Shown in pieces: positions 1 through 8,990 of a DNA stretch of 64,000 nucleotides. Location: NCBI GenBank assembly GCA_963708135.1, contig OY970192.1, positions 4,576,001 through 4,640,000 of the forward strand. The letters run 5' to 3'. Made by a program: the position numbers and the translations under genes. This DNA comes from an uncultured Gemmatimonadales bacterium. Its GTDB lineage: Bacteria; Gemmatimonadota; Gemmatimonadetes; Longimicrobiales; RSA9. Below the pieces are notes generated by a model that had not been told where the DNA came from, did not search any database, and saw nothing but the letters and a program-made list of their open reading frames with translations. Positions within the stretch are counted from its first letter, which is position 1, and the number at the start of each line of letters is the position of its first letter.

Positions 1-1
1 G

Positions 2-286
2 GAGGTGGCGGCCATGCTGCGCCACATCTCCCCCGGGCCGGCGGTGCTGCTGGGCGACCTGAACGCGGGGGACGGGAGCGCCGTGGCCGCCGCCCTCGCG
101 GCCGCGGGATTCGTCGATGCGTTCCGGCTGGCCGGCCTGCCCGCCCCACCGACCGCCCCGGCGCGTCGGCCCGCGCGGCGTATCGACTGGATCTGGGTCC
201 GCGGTCTCACGGCGCGGGATCCGCGCGTGCTGCCGATGGCCGCCAGCGACCACAGGCCGGTGGCGGCCACCGTACTCCTCCGCTGA
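2..286 (+). CDS. Endonuclease/exonuclease/phosphatase (EEP) family protein, C-terminal part (5' truncated by window)
   Basis: Motifs GDLN, RIDWI and SDHRPV typical of the EEP fold. Confidence 0.85.
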   Translation, partial: EVAAMLRHISPGPAVLLGDLNAGDGSAVAAALAAAGFVDAFRLAGLPAPPTAPARRPARRIDWIWVRGLTARDPRVLPMAASDHRPVAATVLLR

Positions 287-299
287 GCCCGCGCCGGTC

Positions 300-1772
300 T
301 CAGACCGCGCCGGGCGCCGCCTCCAGCGCCGCCTCCTTGCTGGCGCGCGTGCGCGCGGCCGAGCGCTGACCGTAGGCGAAGTAGATCACCAGCCCGATGA
401 CCAGCCAGATGAGCAGCCGCATCCACGTCTCGAGCGGCAGGCTGTACATGAGATAGAAGCAGGCCGCGGCGCCGAGTATCGGCGTCACCGGGACCCAGGG
501 CGTGCGGAACGGGCGCTCCACGTCGGGCATCTTGTAGCGCATGACGAGCACGCCGAGGCAGACGATCACGAACGCGAGCAGGGTGCCGATGGAGACGAGC
601 TCCCCTAGCACGCTGATCGGCGTGAGCCCCGCCACGATCGCCACGACGATCCCCGTCATGGCCGTCGTGATGTAGGGGGTCTTGAAGCGCGGGTGCACCT
701 TGCCGAACACGGCCGGAAGCAGACCGTCGCGGCTCATCGTGAAGAAGATCCGTGGTTGCGCGAGCAGCATCACCAGGATCACGCTCGAGAGCCCCGCGAT
801 CGCGCCCAGCTTGACCACCCAGCCGAGCCACGCCAGACCCGTGGCATCCACACCCACCGCGATCGGGTCCGCTACGTTCAGCGTCTTGTAGGACACGATC
901 CCGTTCAGGACCAGCGACACGGCGATGTAGAGCACCGTGCAGATCGCCAGCGAGGCCAGGATCCCGATCGGCATGTCGCGTTGGGGGTTCCTGGATTCCT
1001 GCGCCGCGGTCGAGACCGCGTCGAATCCGATGTAGGCGAAGAAGATCACCCCGGCGCCGCGCACGATCCCGCTGAAGCCGTACTGGCCGTAGGTCCCGGT
1101 ATTCGGCGGGATGAAGGGGTGCAGGTTGACCCCCTTCACGAACTGGATCCCGAACGCGATGAAGAGGAGGATGACGAGCAGCTTGATGATCACGATGGTT
1201 GCGTTCGCCCCCGCGGACTCCTTGATGCCGACGATCAGCAGGGCGGAGACGGCAAGGACGATCACGAAGGCCGGCAGGTTGAACATGCCGTGGACGGCCG
1301 TCCCATCCGCGAGCGTGGTGGACGTCCCGAAGGCCGTGGTCCACGCGGGCGAGAGGTTGATGCCGAGGTCGCGCAGCAGGCTGACCACGTAGCCGGACCA
1401 GCCGACCGCCACGGTCGAGGCGCCGAGCGAGTATTCGAGGATGAGGTCCCAGCCGATGATCCAGGCGAGGAACTCGCCGAGTGTGGCGTACGCGTAGGTG
1501 TAGGCGCTGCCCGCCACCGGGATCATGCTGGCGAACTCGGCGTAGCACAGGCCCGCGAACCCGCACGCGATCCCCGCCAGGATGAACGAGATCACGATCG
1601 CCGGCCCCGCGTACTGCGCGGCCGCCTGGCCCGTGAGCACGAAGATGCCCGCGCCGATGATGGCGCCGACCCCGAGGGTTGTCAGGTTCAGCGGACCGAG
1701 CACACGCAGCAGAGTCCCGGACTCCGCCTCCGCGTGCAGCTGGGCCAGGCTCTTCCTAGCGAACAGGCTCAT
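300..1772 (-). CDS. APC-family amino acid permease (cationic amino acid transporter-like)
   Basis: GAIIGAGIF, CYAEFAS..P.AGSAY and FAYIGFD motifs; many TM segments; ATG at 1772 preceded by GGAGGA RBS. Confidence 0.92.
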   Translation of the reverse strand: MSLFARKSLAQLHAEAESGTLLRVLGPLNLTTLGVGAIIGAGIFVLTGQAAAQYAGPAIVISFILAGIACGFAGLCYAEFASMIPVAGSAYTYAYATLGEFLAWIIGWDLILEYSLGASTVAVGWSGYVVSLLRDLGINLSPAWTTAFGTSTTLADGTAVHGMFNLPAFVIVLAVSALLIVGIKESAGANATIVIIKLLVILLFIAFGIQFVKGVNLHPFIPPNTGTYGQYGFSGIVRGAGVIFFAYIGFDAVSTAAQESRNPQRDMPIGILASLAICTVLYIAVSLVLNGIVSYKTLNVADPIAVGVDATGLAWLGWVVKLGAIAGLSSVILVMLLAQPRIFFTMSRDGLLPAVFGKVHPRFKTPYITTAMTGIVVAIVAGLTPISVLGELVSIGTLLAFVIVCLGVLVMRYKMPDVERPFRTPWVPVTPILGAAACFYLMYSLPLETWMRLLIWLVIGLVIYFAYGQRSAARTRASKEAALEAAPGAV

Positions 1773-1984
1773 GGTTCCTCCGTGCGGTGAGGGGCCGTCC
1801 TCGGGCGGCTGCCTGCAGGCGCGTGCGTCCTGGTGCGCCTCTGCGATCTGTGGCGGCGGCGGGAGCACCCCGCGATGCGAATCGGCTGGCTAGGGCTGGA
1901 AAGCGCGTAAGATCGCTCGACGAAAGATGATTCGCAAGCCCGCGGGCGGGCGCCGCGGAGCGGGCGCGCGTCGGGACCCCGGCG

Positions 1985-3889
1985 CTAGAGCTCGATGTGG
2001 GCCCCGAGCTCGACCACCCGGTTCGGCGGCACGCGGAAGAACGCCGTGGCGCTGCGGGCGTTGCGGGACATGAACGCGAACAGCTTCTTGCGCCAGGGCG
2101 GCATGCCCGGTCGCTTGGTGGTGATCAGCGTCTCCCGCCCGAGGTAGAAGGTCGTCGTCCCCAGCTTGTAGTTGATGCCCCGGCTGCTGGCCGCCTCGAG
2201 CACCTCGGGCACGCTCGGGTCCTCCATGAAGCCGTAGCGCGCGATGATGCGGAAGATCCCTTCGCCGAGCGGCTCCACCTCCAGCCACTCGTCCTCCGGC
2301 ACGACGGGGATCTCCTCCGTCAGCACGGAAACGAGGGCGACCTGCTCGTGCAGCACCTTGTTGTGCTTGAGATGGTGCAGGAGCACGGGCGGGACGCCCT
2401 CGGCGTTGCGGGTCATGAAGACGGCGAGCCCCGGCACGCGGACCGGATGGGTGACGGCGATGTCGCGCAGGAACAGCTCGAAGGGGAGCGAGCGCATCCC
2501 GAAGCTCTCCGCCAGCAGCGCGCGTCCGCGCTTCCAGGTGGCGAGCAGCGTGTAGATGATCACGCCGACCAGGAGCGGGAACCAGCCGCCCTGCTCGACC
2601 TTGATGATGTTCGCACCGAAGAACGAGAGATCGATCGTGATGAAGAAGATCGTGAAGGCGATCGACGCCAGCAGCTTCCAGTGCCACATCTGCTGCTCGA
2701 TCACGAACAGCAGCACGGTCGTGATCACCATCGTGGTCGTCACCGCCACGCCGTACGCGGCGGCGAGATTGCTCGACGAGCGGAACCCGAGCACGAGCCC
2801 GATCGTGGCGATCATGAGCACCCAGTTGATGCCGGGAATGTAGATCTGCCCGATCTCCTGCTCGGAGGTGTGGTCGATCTCCATGCGCGGGCTGTAGCCG
2901 AGCTGTACCGCCTGACGCGTGAGGGAGAACGCGCCCGAGATCACCGCCTGCGAGGCAATGACCGCCGCCGTCGTCGCGAGCACCACGAGCGGCAGCCGGG
3001 ACCACGCCGGCGCCATGCGGAAGAACGGATTGACCGCGGCGCTCGGATCCGTGAGGAGCAGCGCGCCCTGGCCGAAGTAGTTGAGCAGAAGGCCCGGCAG
3101 CACGACGGCGAACCAGGTCATCCGGATCGGCCGTTTCCCGAAGTGACCCATGTCCGCGTACAGCGCCTCACCGCCCGTGACCACCAGGAACACATCCCCG
3201 AGCACCAGGAAGCCGTGGATCCGCTCGCGCAGGAAGAAGTTCACCGCGTGCCACGGATTGACCGCCCGGAACACGCCCGGGTGGACCAGGATCTTCGAGA
3301 CTCCGAGCACCGCGATGACGACGAACCAGACCATCATGATCGGGCCGAAGACGGCCCCGATGCCCGCGGTGCCCCGCTTCTGAAAGAAGAAGAGCAGGAT
3401 CAGGATCACGATCGTGATCGGCACGACGAACGGATCGAAGAGCGGCGTGGCGACCTTGAGGCCTTCCACAGCGCCCAGCACCGAGATGGCCGGGGTGATC
3501 ATGCCGTCCCCGTACAGCAGCGCCGCGCCGAAGAGGCCGAGCGTCACGAGGAACCAGCGGCCCGCCCGGCCGCGCTTGCCGCCGCTCGGGCGGATCAGCG
3601 CCATGAGCGCGAGGATCCCACCCTCCCCGCGGTTGTCCGCCCGCATGACGAAGGTCAGGTACTTGATCGAGATGATGATGATGAGCGACCAGAAGACGAG
3701 CGACAGGATGCCGAGGACGTTGGCGGGTGTGGTCGGCACTGCGTGGGGGCCGCTGAAGCACTCCCGCACCGCGTACAGCGGGCTCGTCCCAATGTCACCG
3801 TAAACGACTCCCAGCGCGCCGAGGGCCAGGAATGCCAGATACCTCCCCCTCGGATCCGTTCCGGGCTCGTGCGAGTCCGATCCCTTCAA
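1985..3889 (-). CDS. kup: Potassium transporter Kup
   Basis: GVVYGDIGTSPLY, DNRGEGG, TPAISVL, GEALYADMGHFG and GQIYIP motifs; TTG start chosen from GGAGAGG RBS. Confidence 0.95.
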   Translation of the reverse strand: MKGSDSHEPGTDPRGRYLAFLALGALGVVYGDIGTSPLYAVRECFSGPHAVPTTPANVLGILSLVFWSLIIIISIKYLTFVMRADNRGEGGILALMALIRPSGGKRGRAGRWFLVTLGLFGAALLYGDGMITPAISVLGAVEGLKVATPLFDPFVVPITIVILILLFFFQKRGTAGIGAVFGPIMMVWFVVIAVLGVSKILVHPGVFRAVNPWHAVNFFLRERIHGFLVLGDVFLVVTGGEALYADMGHFGKRPIRMTWFAVVLPGLLLNYFGQGALLLTDPSAAVNPFFRMAPAWSRLPLVVLATTAAVIASQAVISGAFSLTRQAVQLGYSPRMEIDHTSEQEIGQIYIPGINWVLMIATIGLVLGFRSSSNLAAAYGVAVTTTMVITTVLLFVIEQQMWHWKLLASIAFTIFFITIDLSFFGANIIKVEQGGWFPLLVGVIIYTLLATWKRGRALLAESFGMRSLPFELFLRDIAVTHPVRVPGLAVFMTRNAEGVPPVLLHHLKHNKVLHEQVALVSVLTEEIPVVPEDEWLEVEPLGEGIFRIIARYGFMEDPSVPEVLEAASSRGINYKLGTTTFYLGRETLITTKRPGMPPWRKKLFAFMSRNARSATAFFRVPPNRVVELGAHIEL

Positions 3890-4052
3890 TGCCCTCTCCG
3901 GTCTCCGGCGCAACCGGCCGCGCCGCGTTGCCTGTCGGTGGCCGGCCCGCGCCGGGCTGCGAGAAACACGCCGCCGGGGCGGGGGCCCCGGCGGCGGAAC
4001 ATGAGTAACCCAAGCCTACGGCTCGCGCCAGGGGTGCGGTCGGGGGGTGGGC

Positions 4053-4889
4053 TCAGAACGTGAAGGTGACGTCGTAGGTGATCGCCATCGGCTGGTTGCG
4101 CGCGTCGCGCGCGGGCCGGAAGCGCCAGCCGAGGGCCGTGCGGCGCAGCGCCTTGTCGTAGTCGTGGTCCCCCGTGGGCGGGACCAGTTCCACGTCCCGG
4201 ACGCTACCGGCGGCGTCGATCGCGAGCCGCACGACCACCGTCTTGCCGCGAACGTTGCCGGGCGCAGGCGTAGGGGGCAGCAGCAGGAACTCGGGGGAGG
4301 GGGCCAGCACGTGCCCCTTGCCGGTGCCGGGGCCGACCCCGGATCCGACGCCGCCCCCCTCTCCGCCGCCCGTGCCGCCGCCGGACCCCGGGCCGGTCCC
4401 CGGCCCCGTTCCGCTCCCGGATCCCGTCCCGCCACCGTCCGCCAGCGCCGCGACGCGCAGGGGCGCGGAGACCGCCGACACCGCCGGGGCGAGCGGCGCC
4501 AGCCGCGGCACCGGGATCTCCGGCGTGGGAATGGGCTTCGGCTGCGGTGGAGGGACCGGCTCCGGCTCCGGCGGCGTCTCGGCTGCGGGCGCCGCCGACG
4601 GCGCGGCTTCGGGACGTACGTAGGTGATCCGCTCGCCGCCGCCCCCCCCGCCGCCTGCCGCGCCCGCACCGATCCCGTCGCCAACGCCCATGTCAACGGG
4701 AACGACCGCCAGGTGAGGGTGCGTGCCGGCCCAGAGGAGCAGCGCGAGAATGAGGATGTGCAGGGCCAGCGAGCCGGCGAGGCCGATTCGCTCCTCGCTG
4801 CCCCCGCTCTCGGGGCGGCTGTCGAACAGGTGTCCGAGCAGCCGGTCCGCTCCTTCGGCGCCAGACACGCCGTGCCGGTCCGCACGCAT
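4053..4889 (-). CDS. TonB-family energy transducer (Pro/Gly-rich linker, TonB_C domain)
   Basis: N-terminal TM with SxxLH motif, Pro-rich and Gly-rich spacer, C-terminal ..WRFRPA..YDVTF TonB_C signature. Confidence 0.8.
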   Translation of the reverse strand: MRADRHGVSGAEGADRLLGHLFDSRPESGGSEERIGLAGSLALHILILALLLWAGTHPHLAVVPVDMGVGDGIGAGAAGGGGGGGERITYVRPEAAPSAAPAAETPPEPEPVPPPQPKPIPTPEIPVPRLAPLAPAVSAVSAPLRVAALADGGGTGSGSGTGPGTGPGSGGGTGGGEGGGVGSGVGPGTGKGHVLAPSPEFLLLPPTPAPGNVRGKTVVVRLAIDAAGSVRDVELVPPTGDHDYDKALRRTALGWRFRPARDARNQPMAITYDVTFTF

Positions 4890-4980
4890 CCTGGATTTCT
4901 ACCGTATTCGGGGGCGGGAGGTCCATGCGGGACCGAGCCGGATACGCTTCGGCGCCCCCGCGGGCGCCGCAGACGGGCGG

Positions 4981-5018
4981 AAAACGGGGGCGGCCCGGGA
5001 AAGAGTTCCCGGACCGCC
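4981..5018 (-). terminator. Probable intrinsic terminator after exbD
   Basis: 13-bp stem 4989-5001/5006-5018 (one G-U on the minus strand) followed by CCCGTTTT. Confidence 0.45.
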
Positions 5019-5086
5019 AAGGGACCCGCGAACAGGTCCTGCACGTCGGACGGCTGTGGATCGCCGGTGCCGCCCGACTCCCTGGA

Positions 5087-5500
5087 TCAGGCGCCGAGCG
5101 AATCCGGCAGCACCTGACCGATCACCTTCACGCCCGCGCCGCGGGCGGTGTCCATCGCGTGGATGACCTGCTGGTACTGCACGTCCCCGTCCGCCTTGAC
5201 GAAGATCACCTTGTCCGGCCGGCCGGTGTAGACCTCGCGCAGCCTCTTGTCGAGCTGCCCGGGAGGAACCGGCTGGGTGTTGATCTTCATGTTGCCGGCC
5301 GCGTCGATCTCGAGCACGATCTGCGTGCTGTTGGCCGGCGGCGTGTTGGCGTCCACCGGGAGCTGCACGTCGATGCTCTTCTGGAGCAGCGGCTGGGCGA
5401 CCATGAAGATCACCAGCAGCACCAGGAGTACGTCGATCATCGGGGTCATGTTCGGATCGGATACCTCCGAGCGCCCCGTCTTCCCCATGCTGATGCCCAT
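5087..5500 (-). CDS. exbD: ExbD/TolR biopolymer transport protein
   Basis: NMTPMIDVLLVLLVIFMV TM with conserved Asp; VKADG..Y..V periplasmic motif. Confidence 0.9.
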   Translation of the reverse strand: MGISMGKTGRSEVSDPNMTPMIDVLLVLLVIFMVAQPLLQKSIDVQLPVDANTPPANSTQIVLEIDAAGNMKINTQPVPPGQLDKRLREVYTGRPDKVIFVKADGDVQYQQVIHAMDTARGAGVKVIGQVLPDSLGA

Positions 5501-5519
5501 GCGGCACCACCTCCTGGCT

Positions 5520-6017
5520 CTAGTTTCCCTTTTCCTCGTCGGCCTTCGTGCCCGGCGTCTGCTCCGTCACCGCGGCCACCACACGCGCCCCGCCCTGCTT
5601 GCCCAGCGCCATCGCCTGCTCCACCTCGGAGAACTTCAGCGACTGGTCGGCCTTCAGGAAGAGCACGTGGTCCTCGGGATGCTTCTGGTACTCCTGCTGC
5701 AGCAGCTGCACCATTGTCTGGTTGCAGCTCGCGCGGCCGGCCGGTGTCTGCCGCTGCGCGGCCGTGCACCCCGCCACGGGCTTCTTGTTCAGGTAGTACG
5801 CGCCGGCCCGGTCGATGCCCAGCTGCGTCCGATCTTCCTTGTCCGGCCGCGTGATCAGGTGCGTCGCGTCCGGAAGCTTCGCGTTGAACCCCGCCATGAG
5901 GGCCGGCGTCACCACCATGAAGATGATCAGCAGGACCAGCATGACGTCGACCATCGGCGTCACGTTGATGTCCGCCATCACGTTGGTGTCGGTGACGTCG
6001 TGCGTTGCCATTGCCAT
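5520..6017 (-). CDS. exbD: ExbD/TolR biopolymer transport protein (second copy)
   Basis: INVTPMVDVMLVLLIIFMV; LKADQ motif. Confidence 0.9.
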   Translation of the reverse strand: MAMATHDVTDTNVMADINVTPMVDVMLVLLIIFMVVTPALMAGFNAKLPDATHLITRPDKEDRTQLGIDRAGAYYLNKKPVAGCTAAQRQTPAGRASCNQTMVQLLQQEYQKHPEDHVLFLKADQSLKFSEVEQAMALGKQGGARVVAAVTEQTPGTKADEEKGN

Positions 6018-6039
6018 AGAAGGCCTCCCTCAGGTCAGC

Positions 6040-6804
6040 TCAGGACATGCGGGCGCGAGCCACCGCGGCCGGATCCTGGGCGCCGCCCTCCATGAGCGTC
6101 GTGATCGACTCGCTGGCCTTGCCCGCCTGCTTCTTGAGGCGGACGTCGTAGCGCAGGAGGAAGTCGACGAACTCCTTGGTGGCGTAGGTGATCTCCATCG
6201 ACACGTAGTCGATGCGATTGATGAAGTAGTTGTAGAGCCATACGGCCGGGATGGCGACGAGCAGACCGAAGGCGGTGGTGATCAGCGCCTCGGCGATGCC
6301 GGCCGAGATGGCGGCGAGCCCGCCGCTGCCGGCGGCGGCCATGCCGGTGAAGGCGTTCACCACGCCCATGGTGGTGCCGAGCAGGCCGACGAAGGGGGCG
6401 GTGGCGCCGATGGTGGCCACGACGCCGAGGCCGCGGCGGAACTTGGAGAGCTGCTCGAGCGTGTTGAGCTCGATCATGCGCTGCACGGACGCGATCTCGG
6501 CGGCTGAGAGGTCGTGGTCCTCGGAGTGGAACGTGATGCTCGGGAACACGCGGCGGAAGACGACCGCGAGGTGGCTCTTCTGGTTGGACTCGACCAGGCG
6601 CTCGGCCTCGTCGAAGTCCTCGTTGGTCAGCGCTTCCGAGAACGGGCCGGAGAAGCGGAGCGTGGCCTTCCTGGAGCGCGACAGCAGAATGAGCTTCCGG
6701 ATCGTGACCGTGGCCACCATGATCGACATGAACAGCAGCACGAACACGATCCCCTTGGCGAACCACCCCATGGTTCCCCAGAGCTCGATCAGCGAAATAC
6801 CCAT
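6040..6804 (-). CDS. exbB: MotA/TolQ/ExbB proton channel protein
   Basis: APFVGLLGTT.G and GIAEALITTAFGL.VAIPA motifs. Confidence 0.92.
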   Translation of the reverse strand: MGISLIELWGTMGWFAKGIVFVLLFMSIMVATVTIRKLILLSRSRKATLRFSGPFSEALTNEDFDEAERLVESNQKSHLAVVFRRVFPSITFHSEDHDLSAAEIASVQRMIELNTLEQLSKFRRGLGVVATIGATAPFVGLLGTTMGVVNAFTGMAAAGSGGLAAISAGIAEALITTAFGLLVAIPAVWLYNYFINRIDYVSMEITYATKEFVDFLLRYDVRLKKQAGKASESITTLMEGGAQDPAAVARARMS

Positions 6805-6924
6805 TGCGGTTCCCTTTCCGAGTTGCGATGCGGCACCCCGCCCGGCGTGCGGAGCCCTTGGTTAACGTTCGCCCCGGCCTCGCGCGAAACCTCCCGCGCG
6901 AGGCCGGAGCCAACAGCACGACGA

Positions 6925-7707
6925 CTACTGCGACGACTTGAACACGATCGGCATCGCGACCCAGACCCTGACCTTCTGGTCCCGGTTCAGCGCCGGCGTG
7001 AACTCCATGATGTCCGCCACCTTCAGCGCGGCGGCGTCCAGTGCTTCATGGCCGCTCGACGTCTTGACTTGCGTCTTGACGACCCTGCCGCCCTCGTCGA
7101 TGAAGAACCAGACGAGTACCGTGCCGCCGACGCCCGCGTCGCGCAGCAGCGGCGGATAGTTGCGGACCAGCGAGCGCTGAACCTCCGACGGGTTCTTCAG
7201 GTGCGGGCTGACGGTGTACGGCGTGAACGTCGGTGCCGCTTCCACGTTCTCGGCGGTCACGACCTTGCCCGTGGACTTGCCGCCCTCCACGCCCTCGCCC
7301 GTGAAGTCCGCCTCGTTGATGGTCGGACCCGCAGTCGGCGGCGGGATGTCCGGCGGCACGATCTTCGGGGGCGCCAGCGTCTGGAAGCCCTTGGGTACGT
7401 CCACCACCTTGGGCGGCGGGGTGTTCTTGGCCGGCGGTGGCGGCGGCGGGGGGGGCGGCGGCGGCGGCGGCGCCTCCTCGACCTTGATGAGCGTCACGGC
7501 ATCGGGGTCGTGCGTGACCTCCTTGCCGACCGCCATCGTCGCCCACGCCAGGACGCCGATGAGCGCGGCGTGGAACGCGACCGACGTGAAGGTCGCCGCG
7601 AGCCCGCCCTTCTCCTTGGCCGGCTTGCTCGAGAGCAGATGTCCGAACATCTGCTCCTCGTGCGGTGGTGTGCGGACCGGCTGATCCGGCGCCGACTCGT
7701 TCGCCAT
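6925..7707 (-). CDS. tonB: Energy transducer TonB
   Basis: TM with SxxxH, poly-Pro tract, YP..LR.AGVGGTV.V.F..DE.G.V TonB_C; ATG 7707 after AGGAGAG. Confidence 0.9.
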   Translation of the reverse strand: MANESAPDQPVRTPPHEEQMFGHLLSSKPAKEKGGLAATFTSVAFHAALIGVLAWATMAVGKEVTHDPDAVTLIKVEEAPPPPPPPPPPPPPAKNTPPPKVVDVPKGFQTLAPPKIVPPDIPPPTAGPTINEADFTGEGVEGGKSTGKVVTAENVEAAPTFTPYTVSPHLKNPSEVQRSLVRNYPPLLRDAGVGGTVLVWFFIDEGGRVVKTQVKTSSGHEALDAAALKVADIMEFTPALNRDQKVRVWVAMPIVFKSSQ

Positions 7708-7852
7708 AGCTCTCCTACCTGATTTGGGGTTGCCCCGGATGCAAACGCCGAACCGGCGGCCCCGGCCGCCCATGGGCCGGGAACATGTTGCCGCTCAGTC
7801 ATTTGCGGCCGCGCTGCTCGGTCTACTACCCCCGGCGCGCGAAACGTTTCAC

Positions 7853-8005
7853 CTAGGCCCGCGTCCGGCTCCCCCGCCAGACGAGGTAGAGGGACACGGC
7901 CAGGAATATGTAGATGAAAATCGAAGCGGCATCGTGCGGGATGCCGCCGATGAACCGATCAAAGCCGGAGCTTGTGGCCTGCAGAACTGCAGCGAGGACG
8001 AACAT
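7853..8005 (-). CDS. Small membrane protein (50 aa), hypothetical
   Basis: MFVLAAVLQ...ASIFIYIFLAVSLYLVWRGSR: one clear TM plus basic tail; GGGGG RBS; lies between a predicted promoter and tonB. Confidence 0.55.
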   Translation of the reverse strand: MFVLAAVLQATSSGFDRFIGGIPHDAASIFIYIFLAVSLYLVWRGSRTRA

Positions 8006-8133
8006 TCCAGCGTCCCCCGGTCTCGGCAAGAGAAAAGCGCGACGCGACCCGCCAGCGTCGCGTCCCGGGCTAGTGCCCGGCCAACAAAAAGGAGGCGAAT
8101 GCCTCCTGCATCGAACGACACGGGATTCGAGCA

Positions 8134-8162
8134 AATGTAGCGGCCCGTGCGGGGAGCGTCAA
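8134..8162 (-). promoter_or_regulatory. Sigma70-like promoter for small ORF/tonB cluster
   Basis: Minus strand TTGACG-N17-TACATT. Confidence 0.6.
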
Positions 8163-8219
8163 GAGGTGGCGGGGGTTGTGGCGGGGGTCCGTGTTCGGGG
8201 CGGTGGACTGGGTGCGGGG

Positions 8220-8248
8220 TTGCGTTGGAAGGGGGCGCCCCCCATCTT
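8220..8248 (+). promoter_or_regulatory. Possible sigma70-like promoter for the act operon
   Basis: TTGCGT-N17-CATCTT (non-consensus -10). Confidence 0.35.
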
Positions 8249-8383
8249 GCCGCCGCTCGCGGACAGGCAGTCGGCTCCCGGGGCATCCAGGGACGGGTGC
8301 CGTGCCCCTTTTTTTGGCCTGGTTCGGGGTGCGGGGCGGCTCGGAGAGGGCCACAGGATGAGTTCACACACCGCAGGGACCCG

Positions 8384-8908
8384 ATGGTGAGATCGAGGTG
8401 GATGTTGCTCGCGCTCGCCGGCGCGCTCGCGCTGGCGGGCACCGGGGTGGTCGCGGCGTTCGGCCCGTTCGGGGGCAGCGGACCGCCACAGCCGATCGCG
8501 TTCCCGCACGATCTGCACGCCGGGACGAACCAGATTCCGTGCATGTACTGCCACTACTCGGCCGACCGGTCGCAGGATGCGGGCCTGCCGGCTGTGGGCA
8601 CGTGCGCCGGCTGCCACATTCCGGGCGGGGTGCCGATGGTGCGGGCGGACCGGCCGGGGGTGAAGCAGCTGATCGAGTACTGGCAGAAGAAGGAGCCGAT
8701 CCCGTGGGTCCGTATCCACAAGCTTCCGGACTACGTCCACTTCCCGCACATGCGGCACGTGAAGGCAGGGCTGCAGTGCCAGCAGTGCCATGGGCCGGTG
8801 CAGAACGAGACGCAGGTCACGCAGTTCGCCTCGTTGCGCATGGGGTGGTGCGTGAGCTGTCACCGCGCGCGGGGCGTGCGGACCGATTGCTTCATCTGCC
8901 ACTACTGA
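8384..8908 (+). CDS. actA: Alternative complex III pentaheme cytochrome c subunit ActA
   Basis: Five CxxCH (CMYCH, CAGCH, CQQCH, CVSCH, CFICH), QPIAFPH.LH, LPDYVHFPH, LRMGWC; N-terminal TM. Confidence 0.92.
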   Translation: MVRSRWMLLALAGALALAGTGVVAAFGPFGGSGPPQPIAFPHDLHAGTNQIPCMYCHYSADRSQDAGLPAVGTCAGCHIPGGVPMVRADRPGVKQLIEYWQKKEPIPWVRIHKLPDYVHFPHMRHVKAGLQCQQCHGPVQNETQVTQFASLRMGWCVSCHRARGVRTDCFICHY

Positions 8909-8990
8909 GGATGGGGCGCGTGGCGGGGCGGCCGAGCCGGAGCGACGGGGAGTGGCGGATCGCGCCTTGGCGCCCCGAAGGAGCGAGGTG

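Noticed and set aside
3890..4052. c-di-AMP riboswitch upstream of kup
   Set aside because: Only a GC hairpin (3971-3994) seen; no recognisable ydaO consensus
7430..7475. GGC/G-run microsatellite
   Set aside because: Encodes the poly-proline linker of TonB; not an independent repeat
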